This document shows, piece by piece, positions 1 through 11,085 of a DNA stretch of 64,000 nt; position 1 is the stretch's first letter; the number at the start of each line of letters is the position of its first letter. Source of the stretch: Laetmonice hystrix. Its lineage: Eukaryota. The notes under the pieces were generated by a model. The model was not told the DNA's origin, did no database searches, and saw nothing but the letters and a program-made list of their open reading frames with translations. The position numbers and the translations under genes are program-made. The stretch is from the NCBI GenBank assembly GCA_965235115.1, contig OZ249436.1, positions 51,958,001 to 52,022,000 of the forward strand, in the 5' to 3' direction.

Positions 1-850
1 TATAGGTCTCGTACGTTCGCTACAGATATATCTGGTTGTGATGTGTAGGCCAATGTACACTTCCCATTTGAGTATCTTTTCCAGATTTTAACATTAGATG
101 CTCCTCGCCTGTAGCTTTCTTTTTCCACAACCTCACTTTAGTGTTTGCATGGCTACTACGCCAGTCTGTAAGATGTAGGGACTTCTCACTCTACTGGTTG
201 GCCTCCTACACTGCTTGGCCCCACAGTGTACTGTTTCGCCTAACTGTAGTGTTCGCTTGGCTGTTGGGCCGGCCAGTATACCCTGTAGCGATTCCCCCTG
301 TACTGTTTGGCCTCCCTGTACCGTTTGCTTGTATACAAGAGTAGCCAGTAGTATAGGGACGCCTCATGTTTCATGTTTCCATGCCTTTATTGTCCAGGAG
401 GCAGGCCATACGTTTCGTCTATATAATCCACTCCAATCTAATCTGTGTCCCCTACAGACCATCTGTAAGCGTCCGACAACGTTGTCAGGTCGTCCCAATA
501 ACTGTTTGCCGTAAAGGTTTAGTTAAACAATGGCAAATGACGTTTTACGCCTTTTCTATATGAGATATCCCATCACCAAGTAACAAACAAACAAAGAAGG
601 ATGACACAGAGATGTTCCAGCAGAAAACACCAGGGTGCAGTGAAGGGGCGGCGGCCGCTGCGACTGCACTGCTACCTTCTGGCTAGCGGTGGAACCACCA
701 CCTTGCCGGGCTGGCAGGCACCTGTGGCTCTGAGGCGAGAGACAGGTTAAAGCAATGATAAGCGAAAAAAGGCTACATTTTTGATACGTCCAATCGAAAC
801 TACGCCCCCCATAATTATGATTCTTAGGCCAGATGTATGACTATCAAACG
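1..850. repeat. Representative monomer (arbitrary phase)
   Basis: Contains an 18 bp sub-repeat region (135-332), a (CAAA)3 tract (~584-595), a GC-rich block (~630-750) with a NotI site GCGGCCGC at 651-658, an FseI site GGCCGGCC at 267-274 and a poly-C tract at 805-810. Confidence 0.95.
135..332. repeat. Degenerate 18 bp internal sub-repeat, consensus ~ACTGTACTGTTTGGCCTC (present in every full monomer)
   Basis: Related units start at 135, 188, 206, 225, 243, 297 and 315 (e.g. ACTCTACTGGTTGGCCTC, AGTGTACTGTTT(C/G)GCCT(A/C), CCTGTACTGTTTGGCCTC); offsets of 18, 72 and 108 bp recur. Confidence 0.8.
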
Positions 851-3800
851 TATAGGTCTCGTACGTTCGCTACAGATATATCTGGTTGTGATGTGTAGGC
901 CAATGTACACTTCCCATATTTGAGTATCTTTTCCAGATTTTAACATTAGATGCTCCTCGCCTGTAGCTTTTTTTTCCCACAACCTTACTGTAGTGTTTGC
1001 ATGGCTACTACGCCAGTCTGTAAGATGTAGGGACTTCTCACTGTACTGGTTGGCCTCCTACACTGCTTGGCCCCACAGTGTACTGTTTGGCCTCACTGTA
1101 GTGTTCGCTCGGCTGCTAGGCCGGCCAGTATACCCTGTAGCGATTCCCCCTGTACTGTTTGGCCTCCCTGTACCGTTTGCTTGTATACAAGAGTAGCCAG
1201 TAGTATAGGGACGCCTCATGTTTCATGTTTCCATGACTTTATTGTCCAGGAGGCAGGCCATACGTTTCGTCTATATCATCTACTCCAATCTAATCTGTGT
1301 CCCCTACAGACCATCTGTAAGCGTCCGACAACGTTGTCAGGTCGTCCCAATGACTGTTTGCCGTAAAGGGTTAGTTAACAATGGCAAATGACGTTTTACG
1401 CTTTTTCTATATCAGATATCCCATCTCCAAGTAACAAACAAACAAAGAAGGATGACACAGAGATGTTCCAGCAGAAAACACCAGGGTGCAGTGAAGGGGC
1501 GGCGGCCGCTGCGACTGCACTGCTATACCTTCCGGCTAGCGGTGGAACCACCACCTGGCCGGGCTGGCAGGCACCTGTGGCTCTGAGGCGAGAGACAGGT
1601 TAAAGCAATGGTAAGCGAAAAAAGGCTACATTTTTGATACGTCCAATCGAAACTACGCCCCCATATTTATGATTCTTTGGCCAGATGTATGACTATCAAA
1701 CGTATAGGTCTCGTACGTTCGCTACAGATATATCTGGTTGTGATGTGTAGGCCAATGTACACTTCCCATTTGAGTATCTTTTCCAGATTTTAACATTAGA
1801 TGCTCCTCGCCTGTAGCTTTCTTTTTCCACAACCTCACTGTAGTGTTTGCATGGCTACTACGCCAGTCTGTAAGATGTAGGGACTTCTCACTCTACCGGT
1901 TGGCCTCCTACACTGCTTGGCCCCACAGTGTACTGTTTCGCCTCAGTGTAGTGTTTGCTTGGCTGCTAAGCCGGCCAGTATACCCTGTACCGATTCCCCC
2001 TGTACTGTTTGGCCTCCCTGTACCGTTTGCTTGTATACAAGAGTAGCCAGTAGTATAGGGACGCCTCATGTTTCATGTTTCCATGCCTTTATTGTCCAGG
2101 AGGCAAGCCATACGTTTCATCTATATCATCTACTCCAATCTAATCTGTGTCCCCTACAGACCATCTGTAAGCGTCCGACAACGTTGTCAGGTCGTCCCAA
2201 TGACTGTTTGCCGTAAAGGTTTAGTTAACAATGGCAAATGACGTTTTACGCCTTTTCTATATCAGATATCCCATCCCCAAGTAATAAACAAACAAAGAAA
2301 GATGACACAGAGATGTTGCAGGCAGAAAACACCAGGGTGCAGTGAAGGGGCGGCGGCCGCTGCGACTGCACTGCTATACCTTCCGGCTAGCGGTGGAACC
2401 ACCACCTGGCCGGGCTGGCAGGCACCTGTGGCTCTGAGGCGAGAGACAGGTTAAAGCAATGGTAAGCGAAAAAAGGCTACATTTTTGATACGTCCAATCG
2501 AAACTACGCCCCCATATTTATGATTCTTTGGCCAGATGTATGACTATCAAACGTATAGGTCTCGTACGTTCGCTACAGATATATCTGGTTGTGATGTGTA
2601 GGCCAATGTACACTTCCCATTTGAGTATCTTTTCCAGATTTTAACATTAGATGCTCCTCGCCTGTAGCTTTCTTTTTCCACAACCTCACTGTAGTGTTTG
2701 CATGGCTACTACGCCAGTCTGTAAGATGTAGGGACTTCTCACTCTACCGGTTGGCCTCCTACACTGCTTGGCCCCACAGTGTACTGTTTCGCCTCAGTGT
2801 AGTGTTTGCTTGGCTGCTAAGCCGGCCAGTATACCCTGTACCGATTCCCCCTGTACTGTTTGGCCTCCCTGTACCGTTTGCTTGTATACAAGAGTAGCCA
2901 GTAGTATAGGGACGCCTCATGTTTCATGTTTCCATGCCTTTATTGTCCAGGAGGCAAGCCATACGTTTCATCTATATCATCTACTCCAATCTAATCTGTG
3001 TCCCCTACAGACCATCTGTAAGCGTCCGACAACGTTGTCAGGTCGTCCCAATGACTGTTTGCCGTAAAGGTTTAGTTAACAATGGCAAATGACGTTTTAC
3101 GCCTTTTCTATATCAGATATCCCATCCCCAAGTAATAAACAAACAAAGAAAGATGACACAGAGATGTTGCAGGCAGAAAACACCAGGGTGCAGTGAAGGG
3201 GCGGCGGCCGCTGCGACTGCACTGCTACCTTCCGGCTAGCGGTGGAACCACCACCTGGCCGGGCTGGCAGGCACCTGTGGCTCTGAGGCGAGAGACAGGT
3301 TAAAGCAATGGTAAGCGAAAAAAGGCTACATTTTTGACACGTCCAATCGAAACTACGCCCCCCATAATTATGATTCTTAGGCCAGATGTATGACTATCAA
3401 ACGTATAGGTCTCGTACGTTCGCTACAGATATATCTGGTTGTGATGTGTAGGCCAATGTACACTTCCCATTTGAGTATCTTTTCCAGATTTTAACATTAG
3501 ATGCTCCTCGCCTGTAGCTTTCTTTTTCCACAACCTCACTTTAGTGTTTGCATGGCTACTACGCCAGTCTGTAAGATGTAGGGACTTCTCACTCTACTGG
3601 TTGGCCTCCTACACTGCTTGGCCCCACAGTGTACTGTTTGGCCTAACTGTAGTGTTCGCTTGGCTGTTTGGCCGGCCAGTATACCCTGTAGCGATTCCCC
3701 CTGTACTGTTTGGCCTCCCTGTACCGTTTGCTTGTATACAAGAGTAGCCAGTAGTATAGGGACGCCTCATGTTTCATGTTTCCATGCCTTTATTGTCCAG

Positions 3801-6800
3801 GAGGCAGGCCATACGTTTCGTCTATATAATCCACTCCAATCTAATCTGTGTCCCCTACAGACCATCTGTAAGCGTCCGACAACGTTGTCAGGTCGTCCCA
3901 ATGACTGTTTGCCGTAAAGGTTTAGTTAAACAATGGCAAATGACGTTTTACGCCTTTTCTATATCAGATATCCCATCTCCAAGTAACAAACAAACAAAGA
4001 AGGATGACACAGAGATGTTCCAGCAGAAAACACCAGGGTGCAGTGAAGGGGCGGCGGCCGCTGCGACTGCACTGCTACCTTCCGGCTAGCGGTGGAACCA
4101 CCACCTGGCCGGGCTGGCAGGCACCTGTGGCTCTGAGGCGAGAGACAGGTTAAAGCAATGGTAAGCGAAAAAAGGCTACATTTTTGACACGTCCAATCGA
4201 AACTACGCCCCCCATAATTATGATTCTTAGGCCAGATGTATGACTATCAAACGTATAGGTCTCGTACGTTCGCTACAGATATATCTGGTTGTGATGTGTA
4301 GGCCAATGTACACTTCCCATTTGAGTATCTTTTCCAGATTTTAACATTAGATGCTCCTCGCCTGTAGCTTTCTTTTTCCACAACCTCACTTTAGTGTTTG
4401 CATGGCTACTACGCCAGTCTGTAAGATGTAGGGACTTCTCACTCTACTGGTTGGCCTCCTACACTGCTTGGCCCCACAGTGTACTGTTTGGCCTAACTGT
4501 AGTGTTCGCTTGGCTGTTTGGCCGGCCAGTATACCCTGTAGCGATTCCCCCTGTACTGTTTGGCCTCCCTGTACCGTTTGCTTGTATACAAGAGTAGCCA
4601 GTAGTATAGGGACGCCTCATGTTTCATGTTTCCATGCCTTTATTGTCCAGGAGGCAGGCCATACGTTTCGTCTATAATCCACTCCAATCTAATCTGTGTC
4701 CCCTACAGACCATCTGTAAGCGTCCGACAACGTTGTCAGGTCGTCCCAATGACTGTTTGCCGTAAAGGTTTAGTTAAACAATGGCAAATGACGTTTTACG
4801 CCTTTTCTATATCAGATATCCCATCTCCAAGTAACAAACAAACAAAGAAGGATGACACAGAGATGTTCCAGCAGAAAACACCAGGGTGCAGTGAAGGGGC
4901 GGCGGCCGCTGCGACTGCACTGCTACCTTCCGGCTAGCGGTGGAACCACCACCTGGCCGGGCTGGCAGGCACCTGTGGCTCTGAGGCGAGAGACAGGTTA
5001 AAGCAATGGTAAGCGAAAAAAGGCTACATTTTTGACACGTCCAATCGAAACTACGCCCCCCATAATTATGATTCTTAGGCCAGATGTATGACTATCAAAC
5101 GTATAGGTCTCGTACGTTCGCTACAGATATATCTGGTTGTGATGTGTAGGCCAATGTACACTTCCCATTTGAGTATCTTTTCCAGATTTTAACATTAGAT
5201 GCTCCTCGCCTGTAGCTTTCTTTTTCCACAACCTCACTTTAGTGTTTGCATGGCTACTACGCCAGTCTGTAAGATGTAGGGACTTCTCACTCTACTGGTT
5301 GGCCTCCTACACTGCTTGGCCCCACAGTGTACTGTTTGGCCTAACTGTAGTGTTCGCTTGGCTGTTGGACCGGCCAGTATACCCTGTAGCGATTCCCCCT
5401 GTACTGTTTGGCCTCCCTGTACCGTTTGCTTGTATACAAGAGTAGCCAGTAGTATAGGGACGCCTCATGTTTCATGTTTCCATGCCTTTATTGTCCAGGA
5501 GGCAGGCCATACGTTTCGTCTATATAATCCACTCCAATCTAATCTGTGTCCCCTACAGACCATCTGTAAGCGTCCGACAACGTTGTCAGGTCGTCCCAAT
5601 GACTGTTTGCCGTAAAGGTTTAGTTAAACAATGGCAAATGACGTTTTACGCCTTTTCTATATCAGATATCCCATCTCCAAGTAACAAACAAACAAAGAAG
5701 GATGACACAGAGATGTTCCAGGCAGAAAACACCAGGGTGCAGTGAAGGGGCGGCGGCCGCTGCGACTGCACTGCTACCTTCCGGCTAGCGGTGGAACCAC
5801 CACCTTGCCGGGCTGGCAGGCACCTGTGGCTCTGAGGCGAGAGACAGGTTAAAGCAATGATAAGCGAAAAAAGGCTACATTTTTGATACGTCCAACCGAA
5901 ACTACGCCCCCCATAATTATGATTCTTAGGCCAGATGTATGACTATCAAACGTATAGGTCTCGTACGTTCGCTACAGATATATCTGGTTGTGATGTGTAG
6001 GCCAATGTACACTTCCCATTTGAGTATCTTTTCCAGATTTTAACATTAGATGCTCCTCGCCTGTAGCTTTCTTTTTCCACAACCTCACTTTAGTGTTTGC
6101 ATGGCTACTACGCCAGTCTGTAAGATGTAGGGACTTCTCACTCTACTGGTTGGCCTCCTACACTGCTTGGCCCCACAGTGTACTGTTTGGCCTAACTGTA
6201 GTGTTCGCTTGGCTGTTGGGCCGGCCAGTATACCCTGTAGCGATTCCCCCTGTACTGTTTGGCCTCCCTGTACCGTTTGCTTGTATACAAGAGTAGCCAG
6301 TAGTATAGGGACGCCTCATGTTTCATGTTTCCATGCCTTTATTGTCCAGGAGGCAGGCCATACGTTTCGTCTATATAATCCACTCCAATCTAATATGTGT
6401 CCCCTACAGACCATCTGTAAGCGTCCGACAACGTTGTCAGGTCGTCCCAATAACTGTTTGCCGTAAAGGTTTAGTTAAACAATGGCAAATGACGTTTTAC
6501 GCCTTTTCTATATGAGATATCCCATCACCAAGTAACAAACAAACAAAGAAGGATGACACAGAGATGTTCCAGCAGAAAACACCAGGGTGCAGTGAAGGGG
6601 CGGCGGCCGCTGCGACTGCACTGCTACCTTCCGGCTAGCGGTGGAACCACCACCTTGCCGGGCTGGCAGGCACCTGTGGCTCTGAGGCGAGAGACAGGTT
6701 AAAGCAATGATAAGCGAAAAAAGGCTACATTTTTGATACGTCCAATCGAAACTACGCCCCCCATAATTATGATTCTTAGGCCAGATGTATGACTATCAAA

Positions 6801-9800
6801 CGTATAGGTCTCGTACGTTCGCTACAGATATATCTGGTTGTGATGTGTAGGCCAATGTACACTTCCCATATTTGAGTATCTTTTCCAGATTTTAACATTA
6901 GATGCTCCTCGCCTGTAGCTTTTTTTTTCCACAACCTTACTGTAGTGTTTGCATGGCTACTACGCCAGTCTGTAAGATGTAGGGACTTCTCACTGTACTG
7001 GTTGGCCTCCTACACTGCTTGGCCCCACAGTGTACTGTTTGGCCTCACTGTAGTGTTCGCTTGGCTGCTAGGCCGGCCAGTATACCCTGTAGCGATTCCC
7101 CCTGTACTGTTTGGCCTCCCTGTACCGTTTGCTTGTATACAAGAGTAGCCAGTAGTATAGGGACGCCTCATGTTTCATGTTTCCATGACTTTATTGTCCA
7201 GGAGGCAGGCCATACGTTTCGTCTATATCATCTACTCCAATCTAATCTGTGTCCCCTACAGACCATCTGTAAGCGTCCGACAACGTTGTCAGGTCGTCCC
7301 AATGACTGTTTGCCGTAAAGGGTTAGTTAACAATGGCAAATGACGTTTTACGCTTTTTCTATATCAGATATCCCATCTCCAAGTAACAAACAAACAAAGA
7401 AGGATGACACAGAGATGTTCCAGCAGAAAACACCTGGGTGCAGTGAAGGGGCGGCGGCCGCTGCGACTGCACTGCTACCTTCCGGCTAGCGGTGGAACCA
7501 CCACCTGGCCGGGCTGGCAGGCACCTGTGGCTCTGAGGCGAGAGACAGGTTAAAACAATGATAAGCGAAAAAAGGCTACATTTTTGATACGTCCAATCGA
7601 AACTACGCCCCCCATAATTATGATTCTTAGGCCAGATGTATGACTATCAAACGTATAGGTCTCGTACGTTCGCTACAGATATATCTGGTTGTGATGTGTA
7701 GGCCAATGTACACTTCCCATTTGAGTATCTTTTCCAGATTTTAACATTAGATGCTCCTCGCCTGTAGCTTTCTTTTTCCACAACCTCACTTTAGTGTTTG
7801 CATGGCTACTACGCCAGTCTGTAAGATGTAGGGACTTTTCACTCTACTGGTTGGCCTCCTACACGGCTTGGCCCCACAGTGTACTGTTTGGCCTCACTGT
7901 AGTGTTCGCTTGGCTGTTGGGCCGGCCAGTATACCCTGTAGCGATTCCCCCTGTACTGTTTGGCCTCCCTGTACCGTTTGCTTGTATACAAGAGTAGCCA
8001 GTAGTATAGGGACGCCTCATGTTTCATGTTTCCATGCCTTTATTGTCCAGGAGGCAGGCCATACGTTTCGTCTATATCATCTACTCCAATCTAATCTGTG
8101 TCCCCTACAGACCATCTGTAAGCGTCCGACAACGTTGTCAGGTCGTCCCAATGACTGTTTGCCGTAAAGGGTTAGTTAACCATGGCAAATGACGTTTTAC
8201 GCCTTTTCTATATCAGATATCCCATCCCCAAGTAACAAACAAACAAAGAAGGATGACACAGAGAGGTTCCAGGCAGAAAACACCAGGGTGCAGTGAAGGG
8301 GCGGCGGCCGCTGCGACTGCACTGCTACCTTCCGGCTAGCGGTGGAACCACCACCTGGCCGGGCTGGCAGGCACCTGTGGCTCTGAGGCGAGAGACAGGT
8401 TAAAGCAATGATAAGCGAAAAAAGGCTACATTTTTGATACGTCCAATCGAAACTACGTCCCCATATTTATGATTCTTTGGCCAGATGTATGACTATCAAA
8501 GGTATAGGTCTCGTACGTTCGCTACGGATATATCTGGTTGTGATGTGTAGGCCAATGTACACTTCCCATTTGAGTATCTTTTCCAGATTTTAACATTAGA
8601 TGCTCCTCGCCTGTAGCTTTCTTTTTCCATAACCTCACTGTAGTGTTTGCATGGCTACTACGCCAGTCTGTAAGATGTAGGGACTTTTCACTCTACTGGT
8701 TGGCCTCCTACACTGCTTGGCCCCACAGTGTACTGTTTGGCCTAACTGTAGTGTTCGCTTGGCTGTTTGGCCGGCCAGTATACCCTGTAGCGATTCCCCC
8801 TGTACTGTTTGGCCTCCCTGTACCGTTTGCTTGTATACAAGAGTAGCCAGTAGTATAGGGACGCCTCATGTTTCATGTTTCCATGCCTTTATTGTCCAGG
8901 AGGCAGGCCATACGTTTCGTCTATATAATCCACTCCAATCTAATCTGTGTCCCCTACAGACCATCTGTAAGCGTCCGACAACGTTGTCAGGTCGTCCCAA
9001 TGACTGTTTGCCGTAAAGGTTTAGTTAACAATGGCAAATGACGTTTTACGCCTTTTCTATATAGGATATCCCATCCCCAAGTAATAAACAAACAAAGAAA
9101 GATGACACAGAGATGTTGCAGGCAGAAAACACCAGGGTGCAGTGAAGGGGCGGCGGCCGCTGCGACTGCACTGCTACCTTCCGGCTAGCGGTGGAACCAC
9201 CACCTGGCCGGGCTGGCAGGCACCTGTGGCTCTGAGGCGAGAGACAGGTTAAAGCAATGGTAAGCGAAAAAAGGCTAAATTTTTGACACGTCCAATCGAA
9301 ACTACGCCCCCCCCCATAATTATGATTCTTAGGCCAGATGTATGACTATCAAACGTATAGGTCTCGTACGTTCGCTACAGATATATCTGGTTGTGATGTG
9401 TAGGCCAATGTACACTTCCCATTTGAGTATCTTTTCCAGATTTTAACATTAGATGCTCCTCGCCTGTAGCTTTCTTTTTCCACAACCTCACTTTAGTGTT
9501 TGCATGGCTACTACGCCAGTCTGTAAGATGTAGGGACTTCTCACTCTACTGGTTGGCCTCCTACACTGCTTGGCCCCACAGTGTACTGTTTGGCCTAACT
9601 GTAGTGTTCGTTTGGCTGTTGGGCCGGCCAGTATACCCTGTAGCGATTCCCCCTGTACTGTTTGGCCTCCCTGTACCGTTTGCTTGTATACAAGAGTAGC
9701 CAGTAGTATAGGGACGCCTCATGTTTCATGTTTCCATGCCTTTATTGTCCAGGAGGCAGGCCATACGTTTCGTCTATATCATCTACTCCAATCTAATCTG

Positions 9801-10344
9801 TGTCCCCTACAGACCATCTGTCAGCGTCCGACAACGTTGTCAGGTCGTCCCAATGACTGTTTGCCGTAAAGGGTTAGTTAACAATGGCAAATGACGTTTT
9901 ACGCCTTTTCTATATCAGATATCCCATCACCAAGTAACAAACAAACAAAGAAGGATGACACAGAGATGTTCCAGCAGAAAACACCAGGGTGCAGTGAAGG
10001 GGCGGCGGCCGCTGCGACTGCACTGCTACCTTCCGGCTAGCGGTGGAACCACCACCTGGCCGGGCTGGCAGGCACCTGTGGCTCTGAGGCGAGAGACAGG
10101 TTAAAACAATGATAAGCGAAAAAAGGCTACATTTTTGATACGTCCAATCGAAACTACGCCCCCCATAATTATGATTCTTAGGCCAGATGTATGACTATCA
10201 AACGTATAGGTCTCGTACGTTCGCTACAGGTATATCTGGTTGTGATGTGTAGGCCAATGTACACTTCCCATTTGAGTATCTTTTCCAGATTTTAACATTA
10301 GATGCTCCTCGCCTGTAGCTTTCTTTTTCCATAACCTCACTGTA

Positions 10345-11085
10345 GTGTTTGCATGGCTGTTGGGCCGGCCAGTATACCCTGTAGCGATTCCCCCTGTACT
10401 GTTTGGCCTCCCTGTACCGTTTGCTTGTATACAAGAGTAGCCAGTAGTATAGGGACGCCTCATGTTTCATGTTTCCATGCCTTTATTGTCCAGGAGGCAG
10501 GCCATACGTTTCGTCTATATCATCTACTCCAATCTAATCTGTGTCCCCTACAGACCATCTGTAAGCGTCCGACAACGTTGTCAGGTCGTCCCAATGACTG
10601 TTTGCCGTAAAGGGTTAGTTAACCATGGCAAATGACGTTTTACGCCTTTTCTATATCAGATATCCCATCCCCAAGTAACAAACAAACAAAGAAGGATGAC
10701 ACAGAGAGGTTCCAGGCAGAAAACACCAGGGTGCAGTGAAGGGGCGGCGGCCGCTGCGACTGCACTGCTACCTTCCGGCTAGCGGTGGAACCACCACCTG
10801 GCCGGGCTGGCAGGCACCTGTGGCTCTGAGGCGAGAGACAGGTTAAAGCAATGATAAGCGAAAAAAGGCTACATTTTTGATACGTCCAATCGAAACTACG
10901 TCCCCATATTTATGATTCTTTGGCCAGATGTATGACTATCAAACGTATAGGTCTCGTACGTTCGCTACAGATATATCTGGTTGTGATGTGTAGGCCAATG
11001 TACACTTCCCATTTGAGTATCTTTTCCAGATTTTAACATTAGATGCTCCTCGCCTGTAGCTTTCTTTTTCCATAACCTCACTGTA
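10345..11085. repeat. Short monomer (741 bp) with a 108 bp internal deletion
   Basis: Junction GTGTTTGCATGGCT|GTTGGGCCGGCC at ~10358 joins monomer position ~154 to ~263, between two similar segments 108 bp apart. Confidence 0.95.

Noticed and set aside
405..450. Hammerhead ribozyme on the minus strand (GACGAAAC)
   Set aside because: No CUGANGA core upstream on that strand.
141..514. Repeated 67 aa and 99 aa ORFs (MFAWLLRQ..., MAPQCTV...)
   Set aside because: They start at GTG/TTG, overlap in different frames, resemble no protein I recognise, and acquire stops in many monomers; their recurrence simply follows the repeat.
564..590. 5S rRNA box C-like stretch on the minus strand (TACTTGG..ATGGGA)
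   Set aside because: Similarity is short, needs an indel, and does not extend to the rest of 5S rRNA.
366..750. ORFs running into the GC-rich block (…EGAAAAATALL…)
   Set aside because: Frameshifting variants (GTTAAAC/GTTAAC, CAGC/CAGGC, CTAC/CTATAC) segregate freely among monomers.
776..784. Sm-site-like ATTTTTG suggesting an snRNA or spliced-leader RNA array
   Set aside because: No recognisable U snRNA or leader sequence, no convincing 3' stem-loop, and the motif is mutated in some monomers; an Rfam scan would settle it.
771..970. HDV-like ribozyme (GGCTACA pairing with TGTAGCT, CTCCTCG loop-like motif)
   Set aside because: No GG follows the putative P1 3' strand for P1.1, P3 is mismatched in most monomers, and there is no P4 or J4/2 with a matching P2.
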